From a virus, in IMG/VR virus record IMGVR_UViG_3300033145_001721, positions 1-64,000 of that record: a stretch of DNA of 64,000 bases; one strand, 5' to 3'. A program made the translations under genes and the position numbers. Shown here piece after piece: positions 20,774 to 30,522 of this stretch (its first letter is position 1; the number at the start of each line of letters is the position of its first letter). The notes under the pieces were generated by a model that did not search any database, was not told where the DNA came from, and saw only the letters and a program-made list of their open reading frames with translations.

Positions 20774-23098
20774 TTAAAGTTCCGTGTACGCCAATAACAA
20801 ATTAGTAACAAAATGGTCTCTGCGTTTTCCATCCCGTTCCAAATGATAAACGGTCGATGTGCGCTGAACGTTGTGTATCTTAAACACCCTACTTTCTACC
20901 GTTACAGTTTCCCCCGCTACAGTTTTCAGAGCATTCAACGTTAACGCCAATTTGGAACTGGTATCTCTGTAATTAACACCCCTCACTCTGAATTGTATTC
21001 CATGCCGTTCGTTTACAGTATTTTGCATACCCTTTCCGTCTACAATACCTGGTGTATCGTAGAGACATCCAAGATTGTTCGGCACATCACTTGCATCAGG
21101 AAATCTTCCGGTAAAAATAGGCCACTCATCATCATCAGAAGGTTCAGAAAATAAATCTTGAGCCTTCAAGTAGGCCGCAAGAATAATCGATTGTGGAAGC
21201 GTGCCCACAGATATAACGGGGGCACTTGTAACGCTCAATGCGCCTGATACAGAAGATTGCGATGCTATTGACCCTATCAATTCCGTAAGTATTGTTGACA
21301 AATCAGCAGAAAGCGATGAAGTAGCAGCCAAGCTTCCTGCTAAGCTCACAACACGACTAACGGAACCCGTAACAACTGATTGTGCTACTATCGTACCTTG
21401 TATTTTCCGTGCTACTGAAACGGTACAAGTAACAATTGACTGTGCTGCAATAGAACCCTGCAAAACAACAAACACTTCTTCAACTGTAAGCGTACCACTT
21501 ACAACGGATTGGGATGTTGCTGATCCAACCAATTTTTTACTGACCGAAAGCGCGCCCGTAACAACTGATTGTGTGGCTATAGATCCTTTCAATTCCACTT
21601 GACCGACAACAGAAAGCGAACCACTAACAGCCGATTGTGCTGTTATTAATCCCTGTACTTTCTTATCAGCAGAAAGGGAACCACTTACAATTGATTGACT
21701 TGTTATAACTCCTTGTATTTCTTTCGACGTTGAAAGTGCACCGCTTACATCCGATTGGGATGTAACAGAGCCTATCAACTTCTTATCAGCAGAAAGCGCA
21801 CCCGCAACAACTGATTGTGATGATGTAAATCCAACTAACTTCTTATCAGCAGAAAGGAAACCGCTTACATCCGATTGGGATGTTACCGATCCTTTCAACT
21901 CCACTTGACCAGTAGCAGAAAGTGAACCACTTACATCCGATTGGGATGTAACAGAGCCTATCAACTTCTTATCAGCAGAAAGCGCACCACTTACATCCGA
22001 TTGACTTGTTATAACTCCTTGTATTTCTTTTGATATTGAAAGCGAACCACTAACATCCGATTGGGATGTTACAACTCCCTCTATAGTTCGGGTGGGTGTT
22101 AAACCACCCGAAAGAGCAATAACCGCCGCAACCGTACCACTAACACCCCGTACAACCGCCACACTGCCCGTTAGATCCGATATACCAGCGATAGGGCCGG
22201 ATATACCCCTATTAACCGAAAGCCCAGCAGAAACAGCCGTAGTGGCTGCCGTAGACCCTGCTAATGATGCAGCAAAAGACATAGAACCAAAAACAATTGA
22301 TTGTGCGGCGATAGTACCAGCCAAAACCTGAACTACCCCGCCACCACCACCCAGCACAGCGCCCCACAACTCGATGGGATCGCGACGGTAAATGGCGTAA
22401 GGGTCGGCGTAGAGTTGGCGGATTTCGGAGGGGGCCAGGGCACGATTATAAAAACACGTCTTCGATAACCGGCCATCAAACGCATAGTCCGTGTCTATTG
22501 TGCCAATCCATGCCGAGTCCGTGCCAGTGCCCAGCGCGGCAGCCACGCCATTATCGCCATAGTCATACCCCGGCTGCTTGCCATTAATATAAAAAGCAAC
22601 TTTCTCGCTCGCGCTGCCGTCAAATACAGTTGCTATCTGATACCACTTCCTCGCTACCAATGTTCCGCTATCTAGCCAATACTGAATATATTTCATGTTT
22701 TGGTCGTACAGCCGTATAGCCCTATCGCCAATCTCTAATCGCACGACAAAGTCATTGTCCTCCCAGGGCGTCCCTTTGCCAAACAAACCCATTGTACTCT
22801 CTGTATTATCCCGCCAGACCTGTACAATTAACGTGAATTGTGTAAGACCACTGAAATCGGCAGCGTGCGGAATGACGACTTTGGGAGCGTCCCCAGAGAA
22901 ATCCAAGCATGACCCGTTAGAGCGGATGTCCCATACCACTGCCCCAGAGAACGTCCCATCATTCCCATGCCCACTCAGATCAATCAGCTTATCACCACCC
23001 ATTCCCTGGACACGAGGGTCCCAGAGGCCGACGAGACCCTTGGCGAGAGGATGGCTCAGAATTGGTCGCGATCCAGGTCGTGGCAACCAAATGCTCAT
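20774..23098 (-). CDS. LamG-like domain + Ser/Gly/Val repeat stalk + tail-terminator-like domain fusion
   Basis: GLVGLW..DLSGHGNDGT..WYQIATVFDG..FYNRAL; ~22-aa repeats (GSVTSQSDVSGALS); C-terminal paralog of 19450..19938. Confidence 0.75.
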   Translation of the reverse strand: MSIWLPRPGSRPILSHPLAKGLVGLWDPRVQGMGGDKLIDLSGHGNDGTFSGAVVWDIRSNGSCLDFSGDAPKVVIPHAADFSGLTQFTLIVQVWRDNTESTMGLFGKGTPWEDNDFVVRLEIGDRAIRLYDQNMKYIQYWLDSGTLVARKWYQIATVFDGSASEKVAFYINGKQPGYDYGDNGVAAALGTGTDSAWIGTIDTDYAFDGRLSKTCFYNRALAPSEIRQLYADPYAIYRRDPIELWGAVLGGGGGVVQVLAGTIAAQSIVFGSMSFAASLAGSTAATTAVSAGLSVNRGISGPIAGISDLTGSVAVVRGVSGTVAAVIALSGGLTPTRTIEGVVTSQSDVSGSLSISKEIQGVITSQSDVSGALSADKKLIGSVTSQSDVSGSLSATGQVELKGSVTSQSDVSGFLSADKKLVGFTSSQSVVAGALSADKKLIGSVTSQSDVSGALSTSKEIQGVITSQSIVSGSLSADKKVQGLITAQSAVSGSLSVVGQVELKGSIATQSVVTGALSVSKKLVGSATSQSVVSGTLTVEEVFVVLQGSIAAQSIVTCTVSVARKIQGTIVAQSVVTGSVSRVVSLAGSLAATSSLSADLSTILTELIGSIASQSSVSGALSVTSAPVISVGTLPQSIILAAYLKAQDLFSEPSDDDEWPIFTGRFPDASDVPNNLGCLYDTPGIVDGKGMQNTVNERHGIQFRVRGVNYRDTSSKLALTLNALKTVAGETVTVESRVFKIHNVQRTSTVYHLERDGKRRDHFVTNLLLAYTEL
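21420..22080 (-). repeat. imperfect coding tandem repeats (~66-72 bp)
   Basis: Recurrent ACATCCGATTGGGATGT and TTCTTATCAGCAGAAAG units encoding G.(V/I)TSQS.VSG.LS. Confidence 0.8.
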
Positions 23099-23101
23099 AG
23101 G

Positions 23102-23530
23102 TTAGCTCGCAAGAGGAATAGTGGTCTGTTGGATGTTAATCGTCACGGCAACTTCCTGCCCCGCTTGATTGTAAATATGGACCTTGAATTTTGGCATATC
23201 CACGCCGTGAATTGTGAAACACAGCCGCTCGGTCGCATTTTGAGCCTGATCGATAGCAAAGCCCTGTACGCTCGCATCGTCCTTGTCTTGCCAACCCTCA
23301 GAGTCGGGGTCCATATCCGGGGCCAAGATGTAGACGTTCACATTGCCGTCACAAGCCCCTGTATTATCCTCAAGAGTCATCACACAGACTGCTGTTGAGC
23401 CTTTGATGTCCTGGGAAATCTCATCGGTTGTTTGCACTCCTTCATCGGCTATTGCTACATCATCAAAAGGTGTACCCGTACCATAGGTTGCATGTGCCGC
23501 AGCACTCCAATTGTATCCTGACTCAGCCAC
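23102..23530 (-). CDS. putative virion structural protein
   Basis: Acidic beta-rich ORF in the neck/tail module upstream of the LamG gene. Confidence 0.55.
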   Translation of the reverse strand: MAESGYNWSAAAHATYGTGTPFDDVAIADEGVQTTDEISQDIKGSTAVCVMTLEDNTGACDGNVNVYILAPDMDPDSEGWQDKDDASVQGFAIDQAQNATERLCFTIHGVDMPKFKVHIYNQAGQEVAVTINIQQTTIPLAS

Positions 23531-23822
23531 GGGCCACCTCCAATTTCTCTAGCTCAATGACAATGCTTGCGTCTGCTATGTTACCAACAATTGTCTCCCT
23601 GGCAGCCGCCTTCGCGGCGCTTCGCTCATATGCTGCCTGTAAAGCTGCTGCAATAGCCACCTCTGGCTTTTCCGCAGGCAAAACAGTTTTGATTCGGTGC
23701 TGCGTTACGCTCTCGCCATCAGTCCGTGTTGCACAAATCACCACGCCACGTGGGTACGCTTTGTCCACAGGCTCGTGGATTGCATACTCCTTTTTACTAT
23801 CAATAGTCCATGTAACCGCCAT
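23523..23822 (-). CDS. hypothetical protein
   Basis: Coupled ORF in operon. Confidence 0.6.
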   Translation of the reverse strand: MAVTWTIDSKKEYAIHEPVDKAYPRGVVICATRTDGESVTQHRIKTVLPAEKPEVAIAAALQAAYERSAAKAAARETIVGNIADASIVIELEKLEVARG

Positions 23823-23832
23823 AATCTATCGC

Positions 23833-23949
23833 CTACTTTCTGCCTTGGCCGGTTGAACGTGTAGTACTACAACCACCCCTGCCACGATTTCCTCGTTTTC
23901 CACCTCCACTACCATCTCGCTTCGGCACGCCTTTAATTGATTTTGCCAT
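23833..23949 (-). CDS. 38-aa basic Gly/Arg-rich peptide (not in ORF track)
   Basis: AAAGGAG RBS; MAKSIKGVPKRDGSGGGKRGNRGRGGCSTTRSTGQGRK. Confidence 0.65.
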   Translation of the reverse strand: MAKSIKGVPKRDGSGGGKRGNRGRGGCSTTRSTGQGRK

Positions 23950-23964
23950 GAGTTATCTCCTTTG

Positions 23965-24342
23965 CTATATTTTGCCCGCTACTATAGCGAGTATCTTCCT
24001 GCGATTCAGCCTTATCGGATTTTCAAGATACTTTGCCGTCTTTCCTGGTTTATGTCTAGCCTGCAAATTCTCATGCACATATACAGCATAATGAGCTGTG
24101 TAACCAACAATGATATCTGCCGTAAATCCAATCCCTTTCAACTTGCGTGTAAAAGCCGAATTTTTCAACACACCAAATTCCACAGGCACCACTTTTTGAC
24201 TCTCTCGCTGAACAAACAAACCCGCCTTTTTAAGGTGGCCTTCCATAATCATTCCCTGTTGCACACCACCAGCACGGAGTTTTGCCATGATACTTGAAAC
24301 ACCAGTAACATGAGTTATCCTTGCCATTATAAGTAAGCCCAC
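23965..24342 (-). CDS. neck protein (HK97 gp10-like)
   Basis: VPVEFGVLKNS, VGYTAHYAVYVHE, AKYLE. Confidence 0.8.
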   Translation of the reverse strand: MGLLIMARITHVTGVSSIMAKLRAGGVQQGMIMEGHLKKAGLFVQRESQKVVPVEFGVLKNSAFTRKLKGIGFTADIIVGYTAHYAVYVHENLQARHKPGKTAKYLENPIRLNRRKILAIVAGKI

Positions 24343-24701
24343 CTAAACATCACAGTTGCTTTTCGATTGGGTATCGTATCATACCTTTTGATTTGGTAAG
24401 CCCCTTGATTCAACAAAGGGTTGTCCTCATCTGTAATATCATCCAAAGTTCCTAGCATCAAAACTCCACCCGCCGCAACACCATCTACCATCACCACAGC
24501 TTTGCTTACAACTTCCTCCCCCTTATCATCCATAAACTTTTCTATTCTACCCTCCCATCGACACTTCAACTCTTGAGGGTCGGCAAACTGGGGCTCCCCG
24601 TAGCTATTATAACTCTGAGCACCTGACTCAGTAAGATTCAGGGGCCAGTACACACAATCCTGATTTTGGATACGTGTTTTGTTAGGCATCTTTTTTCTCA
24701 A
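24327..24701 (-). CDS. head closure protein
   Basis: YG.P.F..P..LKCRWE..F.D..GEEVVS; position. Confidence 0.7.
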   Translation of the reverse strand: MRKKMPNKTRIQNQDCVYWPLNLTESGAQSYNSYGEPQFADPQELKCRWEGRIEKFMDDKGEEVVSKAVVMVDGVAAGGVLMLGTLDDITDEDNPLLNQGAYQIKRYDTIPNRKATVMFRWAYL

Positions 24702-25038
24702 CCAAAACCTGGACCCTATTCAATACAACAATCATTTTTTCAAACTGAGTATCTTGTGCTTTACGATTTTCTCTCTGTGTATCCAAATCTTCCTTCCGCT
24801 GCGAAACTATCGTTTCAAACATCGTGTCGAAACGTTTGACTATCTGTTGACAGTTGTCAGCATATTGAACCGTACTCAATTTACGATCTAACTCATCCCT
24901 CGTCACAGCTTGTTTCAAACTTCCGTTATTCTTGGTTCCATTATTCTTGGTTCGACTTATAAATCCAAAAACCTCCCTCAAAACAACGATACAAAAAATA
25001 CCACCAATACCAAGCTGCGTTAATGGTAAACCCTCCAT
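24682..25038 (-). CDS. membrane-anchored coiled-coil protein (holin-like)
   Basis: N-terminal TM helix LGIGGIFCIVVL followed by a coiled coil. Confidence 0.5.
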   Translation of the reverse strand: MEGLPLTQLGIGGIFCIVVLREVFGFISRTKNNGTKNNGSLKQAVTRDELDRKLSTVQYADNCQQIVKRFDTMFETIVSQRKEDLDTQRENRKAQDTQFEKMIVVLNRVQVLVEKKDA

Positions 25039-25047
25039 TGTAACCCC

Positions 25048-25458
25048 TCAAGAACTTGTTTCTATCGAATTTGGATTTTCCGTACCTGCCCAATCTAAAT
25101 CCACGGTCCTTCCTAAACCATCCTTCATCGATTTGTCCAGTGCCGCAAGGGCACCACTCCAATCCAATCTCATTGCGGTTTGACCAAACTCCGTTGAATT
25201 GAAACCAAGATCCTCCGCGTGTTGGTAAGTCTCCGCGATTGTACTCACTTTTTCTGAGGTTGTTCGTCGGTATTTCAACGAATACAAATGAGCAGTTAGA
25301 TACCGTTCAATCAATTCCAATTCAGTTGCCGTGAATCCTGTATCTGTGCAATGTTTCGTTACAATTACATTTGCAACTGTGATAATAGAATCAATGGTTG
25401 TATCCGAATCCAACTCAACTATTGTGCCAACCAATATTGATGTTGTCCTGACAGCCAT
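25048..25458 (-). CDS. head-tail adaptor
   Basis: IERYLTAHL, ST.FGQ.A..LD. Confidence 0.75.
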   Translation of the reverse strand: MAVRTTSILVGTIVELDSDTTIDSIITVANVIVTKHCTDTGFTATELELIERYLTAHLYSLKYRRTTSEKVSTIAETYQHAEDLGFNSTEFGQTAMRLDWSGALAALDKSMKDGLGRTVDLDWAGTENPNSIETSS

Positions 25459-26111
25459 CAGTCCATCCCTTTCCCGCGCTTACGATCAGCCCAAAAATCA
25501 GTTGGATTCAACCAAGGAATAAGATCAGACGACAAAGCACTACAATCTGTCACGTTATAGATTTCGACATCAGAAAACTTCGCTTTCCAATCATGCACAA
25601 GCCTCTTGAAACCCGATATGAACATTTTGTAAATCTTTGGTGTAGTTGCAGCCGGTCTGATGTTATCTGCATGCCAATTAGCTTTGTCATCTATTCGCTG
25701 CATATCAAAACCCAGTAAATAGATTCGCTTAGCACCCAACAATATAGCTAAGTTGATAGCTGCTGCACCTGTGTTGCCATTCCAACCTATTCCATTTGCA
25801 TGTAATCCCGTGCCATACCGTTTCACAGACCACAACCAGGGAACTGTAGATTTCCGCAAGCCTGTAACGTTGGTAAAAACTGGATTGGAAAATTGAGACA
25901 AATTATCTTTGTGGTGTTTGTACCATGTCATGTCACCAAAGAAACATATCTTGCAAACCTTCTCACCCCACTTGTAGGCATCATTACATCCAATCGTATG
26001 CTCATCATATAGCAGTGACCTATCAAACTGCATCTTTTGCAAGCTATGGCCACCACCTATGATAAACACATCATCACCATACCAAACGGGATCTATCTGC
26101 CAAACAGGCAT
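25458..26111 (-). CDS. MptE/Maf-like protein (paralog of 7649..8260)
   Basis: IIGGGHSL, GCNDAY, NTGAAAINLAILLGAKRIYLLGFD. Confidence 0.65.
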   Translation of the reverse strand: MPVWQIDPVWYGDDVFIIGGGHSLQKMQFDRSLLYDEHTIGCNDAYKWGEKVCKICFFGDMTWYKHHKDNLSQFSNPVFTNVTGLRKSTVPWLWSVKRYGTGLHANGIGWNGNTGAAAINLAILLGAKRIYLLGFDMQRIDDKANWHADNIRPAATTPKIYKMFISGFKRLVHDWKAKFSDVEIYNVTDCSALSSDLIPWLNPTDFWADRKRGKGMD

Positions 26112-26114
26112 AGT

Positions 26115-26528
26115 TTACTCTGCAAGTCCGTCCAGATAGTTTTCCAGAGATACGATTTGTTTCATCCTCACAAGAATCTTGTTGTCTTTCTTCACAGCAA
26201 ATCGCTTTGTCTTAGTATTATACAAAACCACAACACCGACCGCTTGCGCTTGCGGATAGTCCTCTGTCAGATCGAGTAGCGTAGAACGAGCGGGGCTCCG
26301 CATGGGTCTCGCCCCGCCGTTCCGCTCGATGGGTGTCGGTTTACTTCCTGCAATCACAGGACGCACTACATCAGCATCCGAAGATAGCAACTCAAACTTG
26401 TTGCGCAGAAGCTTAGACAGATCAACATCACTTTCGACTGTATCACCAGGGTGATAAATCTTATCTCCCTCAATGTGAATACCTGTCTTGTTGCCCTGCT
26501 CATCCTGTGTCTTCAATCTAAACAACAT
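26115..26528 (-). CDS. hypothetical protein downstream of capsid
   Basis: GGAAAGG RBS; YHPGDTVESD. Confidence 0.6.
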   Translation of the reverse strand: MLFRLKTQDEQGNKTGIHIEGDKIYHPGDTVESDVDLSKLLRNKFELLSSDADVVRPVIAGSKPTPIERNGGARPMRSPARSTLLDLTEDYPQAQAVGVVVLYNTKTKRFAVKKDNKILVRMKQIVSLENYLDGLAE

Positions 26529-26593
26529 ACTAATCGCCTTTCCAAACGAGGTTATCAGATTTCAGTGAAACGCAATTCTATCAATCACCAGAA

Positions 26594-27703
26594 TTACGTT
26601 GCTACTGTCAAATGGCACACACCACAATTCCCGTCATAGTCGCTGCGAATTTGTGGTACACGAATACCGAGAATACGCCAGTTGAGCAAATTGCCGCCCT
26701 GCTCTTCCCACTGAACCGTAGTCCAATCCATACCGATGATTTCACGAACGGTTTCCGTTTCCATCTGCACGATCAGAATATCCCAACCTGTCAAATAATC
26801 AAGCGAGCGAATATCTTGAATTTGTCCGTGCTTGAGAATACGCTCACGAGTGGTAATAGTGGTTGTCTGACCTGCTGTCGTAGATACGTAGTCATTCTCC
26901 AGGTATCTATCCCACGCAGGCGCAAGATACACCATATACGGACCATACTTCTTGACTGCGATCAACGCCTGAATGGCCGTCAACACTTCACCAAGCAGAG
27001 TCGATCCAACCCAGCCATCTGTCGTCGGTGCCGTGATAGTTCCGGTAACACGAGAACCAAAATCAGTATACCCGTAAATCTTAGCGTTGGCGATGTACTG
27101 ATACTCATCATAATCGCTGTTGCCGATAAGCATTTTCTCAGCCAGTTCAGCACAAGCAAACGCCTGATCCTCAGCCGAAGCCAAATCCAACGGCAATCCA
27201 CCACGACGGCTCACAGCCAGTTCACGTGCTCCAAAACCCCAATCAGCCCAAATACAAGGCAATGGAATCAAAACCGTATCATTTACGTGCCGATCTTTGG
27301 GACCTGTCTGGATCGGGTCCATTCCAAGGTTTGCGGTCCCAACACGGCTGGCTCGTTGAGTCATGAGTGCCTGCACAGCAAATCCGTTAGGAATGTTACG
27401 GACCAAACCTGCCTGCTCCACGTCAGCCACGGCTTTCAAACGCTTCTGCATGGAACGTGTGACTGTCTGATCGATTTCCAACCACACCTCGTGGGGCAAC
27501 GTCGCCGTATTGTAAGGGACGCGATGCACTTGCCGTTTGCCAGCGTTCTTGTTGTACAGTTCCACGTAACATTTACCGTCGTGCTGGAACGGACGCAGGA
27601 TACCTGGATCACCTTCAGCATCCATAAGCTTCAGGAGGCTGGGGCCGTCCAATCCACCAATTTGTGCATTCAAAGTTCTACGATTCATTGTATTGCCTTT
27701 CAT
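26594..27703 (-). CDS. major capsid protein (HK97 fold, linocin/encapsulin-like)
   Basis: ~365 aa after protease and decoration genes; W.EID, PLP..WAD, REL..SR..GLPLD, GPY. Confidence 0.85.
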   Translation of the reverse strand: MKGNTMNRRTLNAQIGGLDGPSLLKLMDAEGDPGILRPFQHDGKCYVELYNKNAGKRQVHRVPYNTATLPHEVWLEIDQTVTRSMQKRLKAVADVEQAGLVRNIPNGFAVQALMTQRASRVGTANLGMDPIQTGPKDRHVNDTVLIPLPCIWADWGFGARELAVSRRGGLPLDLASAEDQAFACAELAEKMLIGNSDYDEYQYIANAKIYGYTDFGSRVTGTITAPTTDGWVGSTLLGEVLTAIQALIAVKKYGPYMVYLAPAWDRYLENDYVSTTAGQTTTITTRERILKHGQIQDIRSLDYLTGWDILIVQMETETVREIIGMDWTTVQWEEQGGNLLNWRILGIRVPQIRSDYDGNCGVCHLTVAT

Positions 27704-27756
27704 TCAATGTTATCTGTCATTGTTTTGTTTTGATGTGGTCAATCCCTGACTAATCG

Positions 27757-28203
27757 TTACACAGCTACCATACGCACAAGCACATTGTCAGACCCACTGC
27801 CGATTTCCTCATCCTCCAGTGCTTGGGCTACCGTATCCCCCTTGTCACCACTGTCGGAATTGCTGATGAACAACCCAGAACTATTTCGCGTGAGCATTTC
27901 ACCGATTGTGATATCCTGCCCGGCAGGAACGAGCCCATGAAACTCTTCGCCCGCTCGGAATTGAATCGCACGCACTGGATAATCGATAGTATACGCATCG
28001 TCCACCGTATGACCTTGCAGTGCATCCTCAATCGCAACAATCAGAGGACCATCCCCACCCTCACTGTCGAAGAGAGCATAGTCGTCCGAACTATCAATCT
28101 TCAATGCCATGCCAGGATAAATCCCAGCCTCAGCGGCATTGCGCTCGTGGTAAACCATACCACCAAAGTTTTTGACTGCAATCATCTGCTTACTAAGACT
28201 CAT
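27757..28203 (-). CDS. capsid decoration/cement protein
   Basis: AGIYPGM, EDALQG.TVDDAY, ITIGEML; sits between protease and capsid. Confidence 0.7.
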   Translation of the reverse strand: MSLSKQMIAVKNFGGMVYHERNAAEAGIYPGMALKIDSSDDYALFDSEGGDGPLIVAIEDALQGHTVDDAYTIDYPVRAIQFRAGEEFHGLVPAGQDITIGEMLTRNSSGLFISNSDSGDKGDTVAQALEDEEIGSGSDNVLVRMVAV

Positions 28204-28268
28204 TATCTTATCTCCTATTTACTTGTGTTGTTCTTCTTGTTATCAACGCAACCTTACATACGCTAATG

Positions 28269-29765
28269 TTAGGCTGTCTTTTCTTCTTTCTTCTGATTAA
28301 AAGTCATAGGCAATGGCAACGAGGGAACACCTGCTGTATCATCGTTGGTCACCGGATCACCCTGTCCTTCATAGTTGAAACGCAGTACATTCGGCACACT
28401 GTCTTGCTTGTCCTGAGTTTCGTCTTTGGCCAAATCGGCAAGATTTTGCAGCATCTCAACATCCTGCGTTTTGAGCCATTCCGGAGTAAACTTACTCTTT
28501 TCGTTTTTGGTGATAATACCAATAAGCCGGTCCTTCTCAACCTCCTCGTTATGAACGAGTGTTTCCCAGCGTTTGCGAAAGGCCGGAGGCATGGAGTTCA
28601 GATACTCCTCATCCGTTTGCGTTTCGACTTTCGGTGTCTCCTTGTTTTTCACCTTCTCGTCAATCACATCCTTCTTGACTTCAGGTTTGGCCTCGGACTT
28701 AGTTTTGGGTTCCTCTTCCTTGTTTTCCACAGGCTGCAACTTCTCCAGCTGCTCGTCTTTCAAACCGTCAAGGAATTCGCGGTCGTCTTCCTCCCACTTA
28801 GTCGATTCGTTAGCGATGAGACCGTCAATAGTTTTCTTGTGGTTCATGATTTTACCTTTCTTAACTTTAGCACCATTATTTGTATTCTTACTTAAAGCCA
28901 CGTAGGTTATCTTTCGCTCTACTGCCTCTGGCAATCCTTCCATCGCAACAACATCACCATCAACCTTGTAATCACGCTTGAACAATTTGCTACTATTACC
29001 CAAGGAATAAACAAAGTATGTGTCGAAAACATCTTCAACATAATTGTACTCACCATCCTTATAGATGGCTTCATCCAAAAGCTTCCGCAAATCATTAGCA
29101 GATTGCTCATTTTCAAATTTCTTCAACCAATTCGGGGGAATGTGAATTTTCTCATTGGCTTGATTACGGTACAAACCCGCACCATCTTCAATAGAACAAG
29201 CGCCAACTTGATCCGGTAGAACAGCTAAATGATCTGGACCGAAATTGGATAGTGTACCCTGATACTCTTCATCATTCCACACTCCTGGAGTCTCGTCACT
29301 ATCAGCAAACAATCCAGTAGACACTTCCAACATTTCTTCATTTGTAACAGCATCCGAAATGCGATCATCAATCAACTCCACTCGATCCTTATCCAACCAC
29401 GCTTCGGCTGACAGTTTGTCCTTGCTCCATTTGGTGTTCATGATAACACCGATACCACGAGTATTGAGCACCAAGGGCGAACAAGCACTGGGCTCATTGG
29501 GGTGGTAAACTACGATGGGTTTGGAATTCCACATCACGGGGCGCTTCTTGATTTCGCTGGCAGGATAGTAATAAGGCCCCTCACTTCCATTGTGCACACC
29601 TTCCAACATCATAACCATCGGCACAACCAGATATTCTTTACCCTGTAAGTTATCTAATCGCATATCCTTTGGTTTGAGATTGCAGACAACACGATGGAAT
29701 GTTTTGCCTTTCTTATCAATCGCTGTCGAATTTTTGGGCTTCATACTATCTCCTATGTCTATCAA
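28269..29765 (-). CDS. DUF2213-type prohead protease with C-terminal scaffold
   Basis: PIVVYHP, EVSTGL, DHLAVL..GACS..DG; charged C-terminus. Confidence 0.8.
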   Translation of the reverse strand: MIDIGDSMKPKNSTAIDKKGKTFHRVVCNLKPKDMRLDNLQGKEYLVVPMVMMLEGVHNGSEGPYYYPASEIKKRPVMWNSKPIVVYHPNEPSACSPLVLNTRGIGVIMNTKWSKDKLSAEAWLDKDRVELIDDRISDAVTNEEMLEVSTGLFADSDETPGVWNDEEYQGTLSNFGPDHLAVLPDQVGACSIEDGAGLYRNQANEKIHIPPNWLKKFENEQSANDLRKLLDEAIYKDGEYNYVEDVFDTYFVYSLGNSSKLFKRDYKVDGDVVAMEGLPEAVERKITYVALSKNTNNGAKVKKGKIMNHKKTIDGLIANESTKWEEDDREFLDGLKDEQLEKLQPVENKEEEPKTKSEAKPEVKKDVIDEKVKNKETPKVETQTDEEYLNSMPPAFRKRWETLVHNEEVEKDRLIGIITKNEKSKFTPEWLKTQDVEMLQNLADLAKDETQDKQDSVPNVLRFNYEGQGDPVTNDDTAGVPSLPLPMTFNQKKEEKTA

Positions 29766-29808
29766 TCTTACTTACACTCCCAAATCTACTAGCTGTAATA
29801 TCACAAAG

Positions 29809-29862
29809 CTATAAATTTCGCATGGGTCTTACGCGCGTACCTATTAAGTCCATGCGAAATTT
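29809..29862 (-). promoter_or_regulatory. putative late promoter motif overlapped by a 13-bp inverted repeat
   Basis: Minus strand ATGCGAAATTTATAG (29823-29809); AAATTTCGCATGG/CCATGCGAAATTT inverted repeat. Confidence 0.5.
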
Positions 29863-30107
29863 CTAAATCTTGCGTATAAGGGTGCAAAATCGTCAGGGGG
29901 TACCATAGGGTATAGAAAACAGAGTTAAGCCACTACGTGGGCTGCTAGGGGCTTATATACTATGGATAGTAGGGCTGATAGGGTAAAAAATCTTAGTTAT
30001 TTAGCTTTTGTCTGGATCAAAGCTAAAGTCACCACACAAAATAGCCGATACTAAAAGTGTCTTGTGATTCTTGAATATGTCCGAAATCTAATAAGGGGAC
30101 TTGAACG

Positions 30108-30503
30108 ATGCTTATGTTAACCTTTTGTATTTTGGCAATACATCCTACAATCTCCGAATCTCAACAAAGAGATTTATTCCGAACAATCACTGCAATTTGT
30201 ATGGTGGAATCATCTGGGGGTCGTGACTGTCGTGATGGGGATAACGGAATGGCCGTTGGCCCGCTACAAATTCACATGGTTGTCTTATCCGATGTCAACC
30301 ACCACTACGGAACCACATACAAATCGGCAGACCGGCGCAACTTCGAATCATCGATAGGAATTTGCCTGCGGTATCTACTGCTGTGGGCCCCAAATGGCAC
30401 GCCAGAGCGTTGGGCTAGAATATGGAATGGAGGACCGAAAGGGGATAAGAAAACTTCAACGATAGCCTATTGGAACAAAGTTCGCCGACACTTATTGCCG
30501 TAG
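30108..30503 (+). CDS. lysozyme-like muramidase (i-type/destabilase-like) with hydrophobic N-terminus
   Basis: ICMVESS..GD.G.AVGPLQI, WARIWNGGPKG, YWNKV. Confidence 0.7.
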   Translation: MLMLTFCILAIHPTISESQQRDLFRTITAICMVESSGGRDCRDGDNGMAVGPLQIHMVVLSDVNHHYGTTYKSADRRNFESSIGICLRYLLLWAPNGTPERWARIWNGGPKGDKKTSTIAYWNKVRRHLLP

Positions 30504-30522
30504 TGTTGGCACATCCATCGTG

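Noticed and set aside
26612-27733. 373-aa antisense ORF over the capsid gene
   Set aside because: Mirrors the capsid frame; explained by codon bias; no motifs or RBS
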